A stretch of 49,248 nt of DNA, from assembly GCA_949127665.1 (NCBI GenBank), contig CASBQE010000050.1, positions 1 through 49,248 on the forward strand, given 5' to 3'. The position numbers and the translations under genes were made by a program. This DNA is from Synechococcales cyanobacterium PMM_0083 (GTDB lineage: Bacteria; Cyanobacteriota; Cyanobacteriia; Leptolyngbyales; Leptolyngbyaceae). Within the stretch, counting starts at the first letter, position 1. Every line of letters starts with the position of its first letter. Positions 11,452 through 21,545 of this stretch are shown in pieces. Below the pieces are notes generated by a model. That model saw nothing but the letters and a program-made list of their open reading frames with translations, did no database searches and had not been told where the DNA came from.

Positions 11452-13104
11452 CTAGTCTTCCGTGGCGGCTTTGGGCTTCTTAGTTGTTTTATGGGCTTTT
11501 TCAGCAGCCTCAGATTCGACTGGCTCATCGACATCAGCATCGGCGATCGCTTCTACGCCTACGCTTGAATCAGCAGTAGATTGGGTTGACTGTTGCTCTT
11601 TGGAGGTAGGTTCGGCTGCTTCCACAAGATCATTCACAGCAGAATCTTCCACTGAAATTTCTTGAGATATTTCGGTGACTTCAATATCTTCTTCAGCCAA
11701 TTCTTCCCCAGCTAATGCTTCAAAGTCTTCAGCCAATGCTTCAAAGTCGTCTTCCTCTTCGGTCAAAGTGCCTTCTGGAACCAGCTCAAATGTAGAATGC
11801 TCAATCAGCCAATCCACAGTCTTTTCTTTTAATAAATCTTCCGAAACAACAGCTTGCATCCGCTCTGGGTCAATCTGCTGATCATATTTTTGATCTTCCA
11901 GTTCTTTTAAAAGCTCAGCCACCTTTGCACTTAGCTCATCAGGTTGAACTTGAATAGATTCTTGTTTTGCCACTTCGCCCATGGCTAGGTTGAGTTTGAT
12001 TCGCTGGATTGCGTCAGGTCGAGACTGTTCGCGCAGGCGATCAACCATATTTTCGGTGAAAAGTCGGCGAACATCAATGCCTTGATTTTGAAGTTGCATT
12101 GCGGTTTGGTTGACCATGAAGGTAACTTCTCGCTCAATCAATGTCTCTGGAATATCGACCTCCACATAATTCAGCAGTTCATCCAAAACAGCTTGCTCTT
12201 TATTGGATTTTGTCTTGTCTTCAGCTTCTCGATTAAACTTAGCTTCCAAAGACGCTTGTAGCTCTGCTAGAGTTTGAAACTCTCCATCACTAGCATCTTG
12301 AGCAAATTCATCATCTAATTCAGGAAATTCTTTTTCCTTCAGTTCCTTTAATGTGATCGTAAAGATCGCGTCACGTCCAGCCACATCAGGCTGAGGGTAG
12401 GCTTCAGGAAAGGTTGCCTCTACCTCCTTCGTATCCCCAGAATTCATGCCAACAATGCCATCGATAAATCCTGGGATAAATTGCCCTTCCGTAAGTTCAA
12501 GCTGAAACCCCTGAGCCTCACCACCGGGAATCGGTTCAGGTTCTTGCTCTGGATCATCGCTGCGTAACACGCCTTTAAAATCCACTACGGTAACATCTGT
12601 CATTTGAGCCGCCCGCCCTTCAACAGGAACCAGTGTTGCCATTTGTTCACGGTATTGTTGTAGCGCCACCTCAACTTGTTTAGGATCTGGCTTTATTTCT
12701 TCTGCCTGGATCTGTAAACCTGAATGCTGCTTCAAAACCACGTCTGGCTGTACATCAACCGATGCAGAAAAGGTGAGAGGTTGCGCTGGATCAAATTGGC
12801 TGACCAACTCTTCAAAGGACGATCGCAACTGAATGTTGCCCAACGCCTCAATATTTTCTTGCTTAACTGCCTCTTTGATACTATTTTCCACCAATTCTTC
12901 AACAGTCGCCGCTTTAAGCCGACTAGACCCAATTTGCTGAATTAATATCTGGCGTGGAACTTTACCCTTGCGAAATCCAGGAACATTGACCGATCGTGTA
13001 AACTCTTTGACTACTCGTTCGTAGGCTTTCTTGGATACTTCTGAGGGGATTTCAATTTGCAAACCGATTTGGCTAGCGGGAAGCTTTTCCTGGATGACTT
13101 TCAT
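11452..13104 (-). CDS. tig: Trigger factor with long acidic C-terminal extension
   Basis: GFRKGKVP ribosome-binding motif, FKBP domain (FIPGFIDGIVG), tig-clpP-clpX synteny. Confidence 0.96.
   Translation of the reverse strand: MKVIQEKLPASQIGLQIEIPSEVSKKAYERVVKEFTRSVNVPGFRKGKVPRQILIQQIGSSRLKAATVEELVENSIKEAVKQENIEALGNIQLRSSFEELVSQFDPAQPLTFSASVDVQPDVVLKQHSGLQIQAEEIKPDPKQVEVALQQYREQMATLVPVEGRAAQMTDVTVVDFKGVLRSDDPEQEPEPIPGGEAQGFQLELTEGQFIPGFIDGIVGMNSGDTKEVEATFPEAYPQPDVAGRDAIFTITLKELKEKEFPELDDEFAQDASDGEFQTLAELQASLEAKFNREAEDKTKSNKEQAVLDELLNYVEVDIPETLIEREVTFMVNQTAMQLQNQGIDVRRLFTENMVDRLREQSRPDAIQRIKLNLAMGEVAKQESIQVQPDELSAKVAELLKELEDQKYDQQIDPERMQAVVSEDLLKEKTVDWLIEHSTFELVPEGTLTEEEDDFEALAEDFEALAGEELAEEDIEVTEISQEISVEDSAVNDLVEAAEPTSKEQQSTQSTADSSVGVEAIADADVDEPVESEAAEKAHKTTKKPKAATED
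11710..11751. repeat. 21-bp imperfect tandem duplication in the tig tail (EDDFEALAEDFEALAG)
   Basis: agctaatgcttcaaagtcttc followed directly by agccaatgcttcaaagtcgtc. Confidence 0.85.
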
Positions 13105-13664
13105 TGATTTCTAAAGAGATTGCGGTGATTTTAGCGTGGGAGGTAAGATGAGAAAATATGAATGGATTCTCAAAAAACGTTTCTTAAACGGCGTGGAACA
13201 TAGTTTTATCTAGATTCCGTAAATCAGATAACTGGGCTGAAGACGCTGCTAGTTTTAGCTTTTACTCTATAAAAATTACCGAGCTAATAATTAATTACGT
13301 AGTTTGCGGCGCTGCAATTAGACATAATAACGGATTCTGATCGCCTATGGGCTATACCTCACTATTGGAATCTAAATTTACGTCAGTAAATCCATGAGGT
13401 GACCCGCGCTTCGATAAAGTTGAAAAGTAAATACTGTAAGAAGTGATAGCCCGAAATACAGTGCTTCAAGTCAGGCTTTGTAATCAAACGATTAGGAATC
13501 CGCTAAAATCTTAAACATATCTAAACAGATAGGTTTGTCATACAAGCGTTACGAAACGCTAACATTGCCGATTGAGTCTAGGGTTGAAATACCTGATTTA
13601 AATTAGGTCTGTTACTACAAAAAATTTATTTTAAGAAAGTCGGCGACTCAGTAATTTTTGGAGG

Positions 13665-14714
13665 ATGTGTAATTTGGTTCAATCCTATCGAGTTGCCATA
13701 TTAGGCGCAACAGGAGCCGTGGGCACTGAGTTGATGACGTTGCTAGAAGAACGTAATTTTCCAGTCTCTCAGCTAAAGCTATTGGCTTCTTCTCGATCAG
13801 CGGGGCAGACGCTCCAGTTTCGGGGAGAACCTTTAATTGTTGAAGCAGTGAGCGATCGCTCGTTTGACGGCATTGATTTAGTGCTGGCTTCAGCGGGTGC
13901 ATCTATTTCTAAGGCGTGGGCACCGAAAGCGATCGCGGCAGGGGCAGTTGTAGTAGACAATTCCAGCGCCTTTCGGATGGATGCCGATGTGCCGCTGATC
14001 GTACCCGAAGTCAACCCTCAAGCCGCAGCACGTCACCAGGGGATGATTGCGAACCCCAACTGCACCACAATTTTGATGGCAGTGGCAATTTATCCATTGC
14101 ATCTGGTTCAGCCCATCCAACGGATTGTTGCCGCTACTTACCAATCTGCTAGCGGGGCAGGCGCACGGGCAATGGAAGAAATGAAGACCCAGGCGCAGGC
14201 AATCCTCAATGGGCAGGAGCCAGTGGCTGACATATTTCCTTATCCGCTAGCATTTAATCTTTTTCCGCATAACTCTAAGCTGAACGAGCAGGGTTACTGT
14301 GAAGAAGAGATGAAGATGGTCAATGAAACCCGTAAAATTTTTGGAGTTCCCGATTTGCAGATCACTCCAACCTGTATACGGGTTCCCGTAATGCGCGCTC
14401 ACTCAGAAGCGATTAATCTAGAGTTTAAGCAACCTTTTAGCGTTGCCCAAGCAAGAGAAATCTTGAGCCACGCATCTGGAGTAAGCTTGGTAGAGGATTG
14501 GTCGGCGAACTACTTTCCAATGCCGATAGATGCAAGTGGCGAAGATAACGTACTGGTGGGTCGAATTCGCCAGGATATTTCTCACCCTTGTGGATTGGAG
14601 CTTTGGCTGTGTGGCGACCAAATTCGTAAAGGGGCAGCGCTTAATGCAATTCAAATTGCTGAGTTGCTAGTGCAAAAACAGTTACTTAAGCCTATAGTGG
14701 CAATGACGAATTAG
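13665..14714 (+). CDS. asd: Aspartate-semialdehyde dehydrogenase
   Basis: GATGAVG, DNSSAFRM, ANPNCTT, TYQSASGAG, RKGAALNAIQIAE. Start codon may lie a few codons downstream. Confidence 0.96.
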   Translation: MCNLVQSYRVAILGATGAVGTELMTLLEERNFPVSQLKLLASSRSAGQTLQFRGEPLIVEAVSDRSFDGIDLVLASAGASISKAWAPKAIAAGAVVVDNSSAFRMDADVPLIVPEVNPQAAARHQGMIANPNCTTILMAVAIYPLHLVQPIQRIVAATYQSASGAGARAMEEMKTQAQAILNGQEPVADIFPYPLAFNLFPHNSKLNEQGYCEEEMKMVNETRKIFGVPDLQITPTCIRVPVMRAHSEAINLEFKQPFSVAQAREILSHASGVSLVEDWSANYFPMPIDASGEDNVLVGRIRQDISHPCGLELWLCGDQIRKGAALNAIQIAELLVQKQLLKPIVAMTN

Positions 14715-14787
14715 TATGACAACATCGCTTACCTAATCAATTTAAGTAGCATCTACGTCTAGTAACCTTCCTATAGATCGATAAAGT

Positions 14788-15672
14788 GTGGTGAATTTTG
14801 GACGAGTCTTAACCGCGATGATCACGCCATTTACCGAAGATGGCGCTGTAGATTACGCGATCGCAGAGAAGCTAGCTGACTACTTGGTTAACAACGGCAG
14901 TGATGCTTTAGTTGTGTGCGGCACTACAGGTGAATCGCCCACCTTAACTTGGAGCGAAGAATACGAACTGTTTCGCGTAGTCCAGCAGGCTGTGGCAGGG
15001 AGAGCGAAGGTAATCGCAGGGACAGGATCAAATTCGACCCAGGAAGCGATCGAAGCTACTCAAAAAGCAGCTAAACTAGGGGTAGATGGTTCGTTGCAGG
15101 TCGTCCCATACTACAACAAGCCACCCCAAGCGGGGATGTATCACCATTTTAAGGCGATCGCTGAATCAACTCCCGATCTGCCAATGGTGCTGTACAACAT
15201 TCCAGGGAGAACAGGACAAAATCTTTTGCCTGAAACAGTTATTCAGCTTTCAAAAATTGTTAATGTTGTAGCAATTAAAGAAGCAAGCGGTAATTTAGAT
15301 CAAGTCAGCCAAATCCGCCTCTCTGTTTCTAATGATTTTGCCATCTATGCTGGAGACGACTCACTGACTTTGCCTCTACTGGCAGTTGGGGGGCATGGAG
15401 TCATCAGCGTGGCAAGCCACCTTGTTGGAACGAAGATCCAATCAATGATTCAAGCCTTTCTTACAGGCAATATTCAAGCAGCTACTCAAACTCACCTTGC
15501 TCTGTTTCCTTTATTCAAGGCATTGTTTTTGACTACTAATCCAATTCCAGTGAAAGCTGCACTGCAAATTCAAGGCTGGCAAGTTGGCTCTACTCGTTCT
15601 CCTCTTGCCGATGCGCCCGCTGAAGTCATTCAAACTCTCAAGTCAGTCCTAGCAGAATTAGCACTTCTCTAG
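14788..15672 (+). CDS. dapA: 4-hydroxy-tetrahydrodipicolinate synthase
   Basis: [37 protein letters not shown]. Confidence 0.97.
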   Translation: MVNFGRVLTAMITPFTEDGAVDYAIAEKLADYLVNNGSDALVVCGTTGESPTLTWSEEYELFRVVQQAVAGRAKVIAGTGSNSTQEAIEATQKAAKLGVDGSLQVVPYYNKPPQAGMYHHFKAIAESTPDLPMVLYNIPGRTGQNLLPETVIQLSKIVNVVAIKEASGNLDQVSQIRLSVSNDFAIYAGDDSLTLPLLAVGGHGVISVASHLVGTKIQSMIQAFLTGNIQAATQTHLALFPLFKALFLTTNPIPVKAALQIQGWQVGSTRSPLADAPAEVIQTLKSVLAELALL

Positions 15673-15892
15673 CACTGCATATTTAAGCTTTCTACAACTA
15701 AATAACGTCTGCTTGTCCTGTAGAAACGTGAAGATAGACAGTCCCAAATGTCCACTTCTTCAAGCCCGTTCATACCTCTTTACTATTCAAAGCTTCAACA
15801 ATTTGTAGCTTGCCAGTCTAGTAATTTGCTTCCAATCAAAAGTCTCCCAGTAAACTCTGAATCTTCAACTCAAACTCTTTTTACCTAAATTA

Positions 15893-17668
15893 ATGCAAAT
15901 GACCCAAACGAATTCTGCGACTGCTCTGAAAATTATTCCGCTTGGTGGTCTCCACGAGATTGGCAAAAACACCTGTGTGTTTGAATATAACGATGAAATT
16001 ATTCTGTTAGATGCGGGTCTTGCCTTTCCCACTGATGGGATGCACGGCGTGAACATTGTTCTCCCCGACATGACTTACCTGAGGGAGAATCGCCACAAAA
16101 TCAAAGGCATGATCGTCACCCATGGGCACGAAGACCACATTGGCGGCATCGCTTTTCATCTGAAGCAGTTTGATATTCCCGTTATTTATGGTCCTCGGCT
16201 GGCAATGGCGCTGCTGCAAGACAAGCTTGAGGAAGCTGGGGTCAGCGATCGCACTGAACTTCGCACCGTTGGTCCACGCGATATCGTGCGGCTTGGCTCT
16301 GTATTCTTTGTAGAATTTATCCGCAATACCCACTCCATGGCGGATAGCTTCACCGTTGCAATTCGTACTCCCGTTGGCGTTGTGATTCATACGGGCGACT
16401 TCAAAATTGACCACACGCCTGTAGACGGCGAATTTTTCGACTTTCAGCGGTTGGCTGACTATGGTGAACAGGGCGTTCAGTGTTTGATTAGCGACTCTAC
16501 CAATTCAGAACTTCCCGGTTTTACTCCCTCAGAGCGGGCGGTTTATCCCAATCTCGATCGCGTCTTTGGGCAGGCTCAAGGGCGCATATTGGTAACGACC
16601 TTCGCCTCTTCAGTCCATCGGATCAATATGATCTTGGATCTGGCGAAAAAGCACGGCAGAGTGGTGGGTATTTTGGGGCGCTCCATGCTGAATGTGATTG
16701 CCCATGCTCGGAATCTAGGCTATGTCAAATGTGAAGATGATCTCCTACAGCCGCTGCACCTGATTCAAAAGGTGCCCGATGAGAATGTGCTCATTTTGAC
16801 CACAGGCTCCCAGGGTGAGTCGCTCTCGGCAATGACGCGGATTGCAAATGGTGACCATCGACAAATTAAAGTGCGTCCCGGCGATACGGTTGTATTTTCA
16901 GCAAATCCTATTCCTGGAAACACGATCGCGGTTGTGAACACCATTGATAAGCTAATGATGTTGGGCGCTAAGGTGATTTATGGTAAAGAACAAGGAATTC
17001 ACGTTTCTGGACATGGTTCCCAAGAAGACCAAAAGCTGATGCTCGGTCTAACGCGACCCAAGTTTTTCTTGCCAGTTCATGGCGAACATCGAATGCTGGT
17101 AAAACATTCCCAAACCGCTCAAAGCGTGGGAGTTCCAGCAGAAAATATGATCATCATTGACAATGGTGATGTGGTGGAGTTGACCGAAAACTCTATCAAG
17201 ATTGCCGGTAAAGTGCCTTCTGGTATTGAACTGGTAGATGCGTCCCGCTCTGGCGTAGTGAATGCCCAAGTGTTAAAGGAACGCCAGCGATTAGCCGGAG
17301 AAGGCATTGTGACGGTTGCTGCCACCATCAATAACCGGGGTGAATTAGTTGCTCAGCCAGAAGTGCATTTCCGGGGTGTGGTCACTTCAATCGAGCGATC
17401 GCGCTTTCAAGATAAAACTCGCGAAACGATTGAGGTTGTTTTACGCAACTACTGGAAAGAGCTGGCACCGTCCTATACCGACGTTGAAACTAACATTGAT
17501 TGGGTTGGAGTGAAAACTCAAATTGAGCGAGAATTAGTAAAAATGCTCAAGCGCGAAATGCAAAGCGCTCCTTTACTGGTGTTCCTCATGCAAACCACAG
17601 ACGCGCCAGCGGCTCGTAAAGTGAGCAAAGACCCTGTCCGAAAAGTTGAAGCGGCGATCGCGTCCTAG
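15893..17668 (+). CDS. rnj: Ribonuclease J
   Basis: PLGGLHEIGKN, THGHEDHIGG, HTGDFK, HVSGHG, PVHGE (MBL/beta-CASP); dapA-rnj synteny. Confidence 0.96.
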   Translation: MQMTQTNSATALKIIPLGGLHEIGKNTCVFEYNDEIILLDAGLAFPTDGMHGVNIVLPDMTYLRENRHKIKGMIVTHGHEDHIGGIAFHLKQFDIPVIYGPRLAMALLQDKLEEAGVSDRTELRTVGPRDIVRLGSVFFVEFIRNTHSMADSFTVAIRTPVGVVIHTGDFKIDHTPVDGEFFDFQRLADYGEQGVQCLISDSTNSELPGFTPSERAVYPNLDRVFGQAQGRILVTTFASSVHRINMILDLAKKHGRVVGILGRSMLNVIAHARNLGYVKCEDDLLQPLHLIQKVPDENVLILTTGSQGESLSAMTRIANGDHRQIKVRPGDTVVFSANPIPGNTIAVVNTIDKLMMLGAKVIYGKEQGIHVSGHGSQEDQKLMLGLTRPKFFLPVHGEHRMLVKHSQTAQSVGVPAENMIIIDNGDVVELTENSIKIAGKVPSGIELVDASRSGVVNAQVLKERQRLAGEGIVTVAATINNRGELVAQPEVHFRGVVTSIERSRFQDKTRETIEVVLRNYWKELAPSYTDVETNIDWVGVKTQIERELVKMLKREMQSAPLLVFLMQTTDAPAARKVSKDPVRKVEAAIAS

Positions 17669-17679
17669 TCCTAGTTCAT

Positions 17680-17721
17680 AAAAAACGAGGAGTCTGGCTA
17701 TTGAAGCCAGACTCCTCGTTT
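17680..17721. terminator. Bidirectional intrinsic terminator between convergent genes
   Basis: 17-bp perfect inverted repeat aaacgaggagtctggct / agccagactcctcgttt, 5-nt loop, A-tract on the left. Confidence 0.85.
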
Positions 17722-17756
17722 ACGCATAATGTTTGAAAAGACTGCTAAATGCGATG

Positions 17757-17972
17757 CTAGGACGCGATCGCTAATGGCTCTTGTCTTATTCCGGGTTCGC
17801 GGGATTCTTGGCGAATAGAACCAGATACAACGGCGTGCTGGAGCAGCATGAACGCTCTAAAATCCTTCGCGTCATATTTTGTCTTCAAAAGCTGGCGCAG
17901 TTGCTCCTCTGCTTCAACGGTTAGCAAACCTGTATTGAACGCCTCTTTAACAACTTCACGAATCGAAAGCAT
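17757..17972 (-). CDS. Small conserved cyanobacterial hypothetical protein (71 aa)
   Basis: IREVV..A..TG.LT.EAE.QLRQLL...Y...DF.AFM.LQ.A...G...QESRE pattern resembles a widespread cyanobacterial small-protein family; terminator downstream. Confidence 0.75.
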   Translation of the reverse strand: MLSIREVVKEAFNTGLLTVEAEEQLRQLLKTKYDAKDFRAFMLLQHAVVSGSIRQESREPGIRQEPLAIAS

Positions 17973-18131
17973 GGCATCACCCCTGACCCGATCTTCTAAT
18001 TAAACAACAATTTATTTAATCTTAAAGATTGCTACTAACAGACTGCTGAAGTTTTAGTTTTTACTAAAACGACCTAAAAAAAGATTTTCCCAAGCTATCT
18101 CGCTGCAAACAGAGAACACACCAAATGAAGT

Positions 18132-18145
18132 GTAAGTGATTCTAC
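18132..18145. promoter_or_regulatory. Possible NtcA-type site GTA-N8-TAC
   Basis: tGTAagtgattcTACt about 160 bp upstream of the 71-aa gene; no -10 box at the canonical spacing. Confidence 0.3.
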
Positions 18146-18343
18146 TCAATACTGTCAAATAGCGTTCACATTAGCAATCTGTTAAGCCGCTCTAGTATAT
18201 GTATACTCTTTTATCAATGTTGAGTATTCACCGTAAAGTATAGGTTCTCAGTAACTTAATTGAATTAATCAGAATGTTTTCTCGCCATTCACGATGTCGG
18301 TGAATGATTCTTGATGGGAAAGTTTGATTTTTAGCCCAAAGGC

Positions 18344-19030
18344 TCAAAGCGATAGTTGGGTGAGAGCGATATGACCTGAAAAACAGGTTTCCACATCTCC
18401 CCCCAAATCGTAGGGGCGCTTCGCATATTCACCGCTGTAATGAAAACGGTCGTTTTCTAGGCGGAAAGTATTGGGTAAAGGCTGAGTGCAAGGAGCGCAA
18501 AATATGATGTTAGGCTCTGAGATCTGAGTAGAATACTGCGGTAGATTTACGTTCCAGTAAGTTCCTGGTTCCACCGGCTCAGCTAGCAATTTATCAAGAA
18601 CTCGGATGGCTCGGTGAGTTGCGATCGCCCAATCAATTTCGCAGTTTTCTTGCCGATAATTGGAGAAGGCAATGCCAGGAACGCGGTGCATGGCGGCTTC
18701 TCGCACAGCGGCTACAGTGCCAGAGATGTAAACATCTGTTCCCAAGTTTCCTCCGGCATTGATGCCGGACAGTACGCCTTCAACTTGAGGGCAAAGATGG
18801 CTGAGGGCAATGCGAACACAGTCTACCGGGGTGCCCGCGATCGCATATTCATATTCAGAGCGCTGCTCTACTCGAATCGGCTGGGTTGTTGTAACCTGAT
18901 GACCACAGCCTGAAAACTGTGACTGTGGCGCAACCACGATCGCCTCTAAATTCATTTGACGCACTGCATTTAGCAGCGATCGAATTCCGGGCGCATCGAT
19001 TCCATCATCATTTGTAATTACAAACACCAT
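18344..19030 (-). CDS. surE: 5'/3'-nucleotidase SurE
   Basis: MVFVITNDDGIDAPG, GTPVDCV, LSGINAGGNLG, YISGTVAA. Family N-terminus begins at Met45 of the track ORF (19030). Confidence 0.93.
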   Translation of the reverse strand: MVFVITNDDGIDAPGIRSLLNAVRQMNLEAIVVAPQSQFSGCGHQVTTTQPIRVEQRSEYEYAIAGTPVDCVRIALSHLCPQVEGVLSGINAGGNLGTDVYISGTVAAVREAAMHRVPGIAFSNYRQENCEIDWAIATHRAIRVLDKLLAEPVEPGTYWNVNLPQYSTQISEPNIIFCAPCTQPLPNTFRLENDRFHYSGEYAKRPYDLGGDVETCFSGHIALTQLSL

Positions 19031-20006
19031 GACACCTGAAGACGAGAGTTTTGACAACAATTTGATCGAGAACCGATTGCTGGGAACAGGATTGATTCCA
19101 GCCGCTCCATTAGGCTTTAAATCTGGATTTGTGGGCATTGTCGGTCGCCCTAATGTGGGCAAGTCTACCTTAATGAATCAGCTAGTGGGGCAAAAAATTG
19201 CAATTACGTCGCCGATCGCCCAAACAACCCGTAATCGACTGCGCGGCATTTTGACCACTCCGGCGGCTCAGCTTATTTTTGTGGATACGCCAGGAATTCA
19301 TAAACCGCAGCATCAATTGGGAGAAGTCTTAGTCAAAAACGCGCAGATTGCCATGCATTCTGTTGATCTATTGCTGTTTGTAGTAGATGGCTCTGTAGAG
19401 GTGGGCAAAGGCGATCGCTTCATTGCAGAACTGGCAAAACATTGCCCAATTCCAGTGATTTTAGGGATTAATAAGATTGATCAGCAATCCTCCAATGCGG
19501 AGGCAATTGTGGCGAGCTACACCCGTTTGGCGGCTGAATATGGTTGGGCGATCACGCTGTTTTCGGCAGTCACCGGAGATGGCATAGAAACGTTGCTAGA
19601 ACAGCTTATTCAGCGCCTCGATTTAGGACCTTACTACTATCCGCCTGATTTGGTCACAGACCAACCAGAGCGGTTTATTATGGGCGAACTCATTCGAGAA
19701 CAGGTTCTCAGGCTGACTCGCGAAGAAGTGCCACACTCAACCGCGATCGCGATCGACCGAGTAGATGAAGAACCCACGCTCACCCGTGTTTTGGCAACCA
19801 TCCATGTGGAGCGTCCTTCCCAAAAAGGGATTTTGATTGGCAAAGGCGGCAGTATGCTCAAAGAAATTGGCACGGTTGCCCGCCAACAGATTCAAAAATT
19901 AATTGCAGGTAAGGTATATCTGGAACTATTCGTTAAAGTGCAGCCCAAATGGCGCTATTCCCGAACTGACCTCGCAGACTTGGGTTACAAAATTGACAAT
20001 TCGTAG
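19029..20006 (+). CDS. era: GTPase Era
   Basis: GRPNVGKST, QTTR, DTPG, NKID, KH domain with ILIGKGG. Start could be ATG 19029 or TTG 19062/19077. Confidence 0.96.
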   Translation: MTPEDESFDNNLIENRLLGTGLIPAAPLGFKSGFVGIVGRPNVGKSTLMNQLVGQKIAITSPIAQTTRNRLRGILTTPAAQLIFVDTPGIHKPQHQLGEVLVKNAQIAMHSVDLLLFVVDGSVEVGKGDRFIAELAKHCPIPVILGINKIDQQSSNAEAIVASYTRLAAEYGWAITLFSAVTGDGIETLLEQLIQRLDLGPYYYPPDLVTDQPERFIMGELIREQVLRLTREEVPHSTAIAIDRVDEEPTLTRVLATIHVERPSQKGILIGKGGSMLKEIGTVARQQIQKLIAGKVYLELFVKVQPKWRYSRTDLADLGYKIDNS

Positions 20007-20113
20007 GTCATATCGGCTCAAGTGCTGGAGATTATGCAAAATCAATTGGGGTAAATTTTGATCGGCTCGTTGCTTTCCTATGAATGATCCTAATAACTGT
20101 GCGTTTATAACCC

Positions 20114-21220
20114 CTAACTTATTTCCATCTGTTTAAGGACTGATCGAATTACGTGTGTTGAAACTTGATCTGTGACGATCGCCGATCCAATCTGGGTGGG
20201 CAATACAAATCGGACTCGCCCTGCCTCCACTTTTTTATCAGTTTGTAACGCCTGTACAATCGCTTCTATCTCAATACCTGTGGGCAGTTGGGTGGGCAGT
20301 CCCGCTTTTTTGATCAGCGCAGTTTGCCGTTTCGGTGCGGTTGACTCCCATAAATTCAGATTGCTGGCAATTTCGGCGGCGGCAATCATGCCGATCGCAA
20401 CCCCTTCGCCATGATTGACCACTCGATATCCAGTCAGACTTTCCACCGCATGACCAATCGTGTGCCCATAGTTCAAAATCGCGCGCAGTCCGGCTTCTTT
20501 TTCATCCTTGCTGACAATATGGGCTTTTGCCTCACACGATCGCGTTAAAATCTCCTGCAATCGGTCTTCACCAAGGGCAGCAAGCCGCTCCAAGCGAGGA
20601 GCTTGTTCTAGCGAATCAAATAAATCTGCGTCCCAAATTACCCCATATTTGATTACTTCTGCCATCCCAGCCCGAAATTCTCTGGGCGGCAGAGTTTTTA
20701 GCACCATCGGGTCAATCAGCACGAGACGGGGTTGATGAAAAGCGCCGATCAAATTTTTGCCTTGGGGATGGTTCACCCCGGTTTTGCCGCCGATCGCCGC
20801 ATCGACCATCGCTAATAGAGACGTGGGCACCTGCACGACCGACACTCCCCGCAGCCAAGTTGCCGCCGCAAAACCGGTCATATCGCCAATTACGCCACCG
20901 CCCAAAGCCACAAAGGTAGAGGAGCGCTCTACCCGATGCGCTAGCGCCGCATCATAAATTTTTTGGAGCGTCGCAGGAGTTTTATACCGTTCTCCGGCAG
21001 GCAAGAGGCAGGTTGCGACCGAAAATCCGGCGGCGGATAAAGACGCGATCGCCCCTTCGCCATAGTGCCGGAAAATAGCAGGGTTAGACACCACTAATAC
21101 TTTTTGCCCAACCTGCAAAGATTGAAGCCGTGAACCAAGCTGGTTCAGCCCGTTAAGCGCAATCACAATCTCGTAAGAGCGTTGCGGCAAGGAAACTGAA
21201 ATAATTGACTGCTTTGACAC
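20114..21220 (-). CDS. aroB: 3-dehydroquinate synthase
   Basis: [47 protein letters not shown] at 21220 preferred because the upstream extension is antisense to petL. Confidence 0.95.
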   Translation of the reverse strand: MSKQSIISVSLPQRSYEIVIALNGLNQLGSRLQSLQVGQKVLVVSNPAIFRHYGEGAIASLSAAGFSVATCLLPAGERYKTPATLQKIYDAALAHRVERSSTFVALGGGVIGDMTGFAAATWLRGVSVVQVPTSLLAMVDAAIGGKTGVNHPQGKNLIGAFHQPRLVLIDPMVLKTLPPREFRAGMAEVIKYGVIWDADLFDSLEQAPRLERLAALGEDRLQEILTRSCEAKAHIVSKDEKEAGLRAILNYGHTIGHAVESLTGYRVVNHGEGVAIGMIAAAEIASNLNLWESTAPKRQTALIKKAGLPTQLPTGIEIEAIVQALQTDKKVEAGRVRFVLPTQIGSAIVTDQVSTHVIRSVLKQMEIS

Positions 21221-21341
21221 AATAAAATGATCAGCTAGCGAAAAACGTCCGTGGGCTGATTCTACTGCACTAACGGGGTCAATTCTTTTGTATAGTTTGT
21301 TTAGATGAATTGTGTTCGATGAATGTGGAGACGGATTTAAA

Positions 21342-21437
21342 ATGACTGCTGTAATTTCATATGTTGCAATTTTGGGCGGTGCATTTGCATTAGCAATGGG
21401 GCTTTTCCTTGGATTTAGAGCGCTAAAACTCATTTAA
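21342..21437 (+). CDS. petL: Cytochrome b6f complex subunit 6 (31 aa), not in ORF track
   Basis: Hand translation [31 protein letters not shown]: one TM helix, KLI C-terminus, GGAG upstream, divergent from aroB. Confidence 0.88.
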   Translation: MTAVISYVAILGGAFALAMGLFLGFRALKLI

Positions 21438-21492
21438 GCTAGGTGGCGTTTTCCGTTGATCGGTTTTACTTAATTGAATTAAATTTTCATCC

Positions 21493-21527
21493 AAGCGCGT
21501 TAGGACTCCTGACGTGCTTATTTTATT
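21493..21527 (+). terminator. Probable terminator after petL
   Basis: Stem aagcgcgttagg/cctgacgtgctt (G-U pairs on + strand) followed by attttatt. Confidence 0.6.
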
Positions 21528-21545
21528 GGCTTGATTTATGAAATC

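Noticed and set aside
19031-19162. 44-aa N-terminal extension of SurE
   Set aside because: It is the antisense of the era G1 region; SurE begins just before TNDDG.
21221-21433. 71-aa N-terminal extension of AroB in the ORF track
   Set aside because: Antisense to petL; the family N-terminus starts at GTG 21220.
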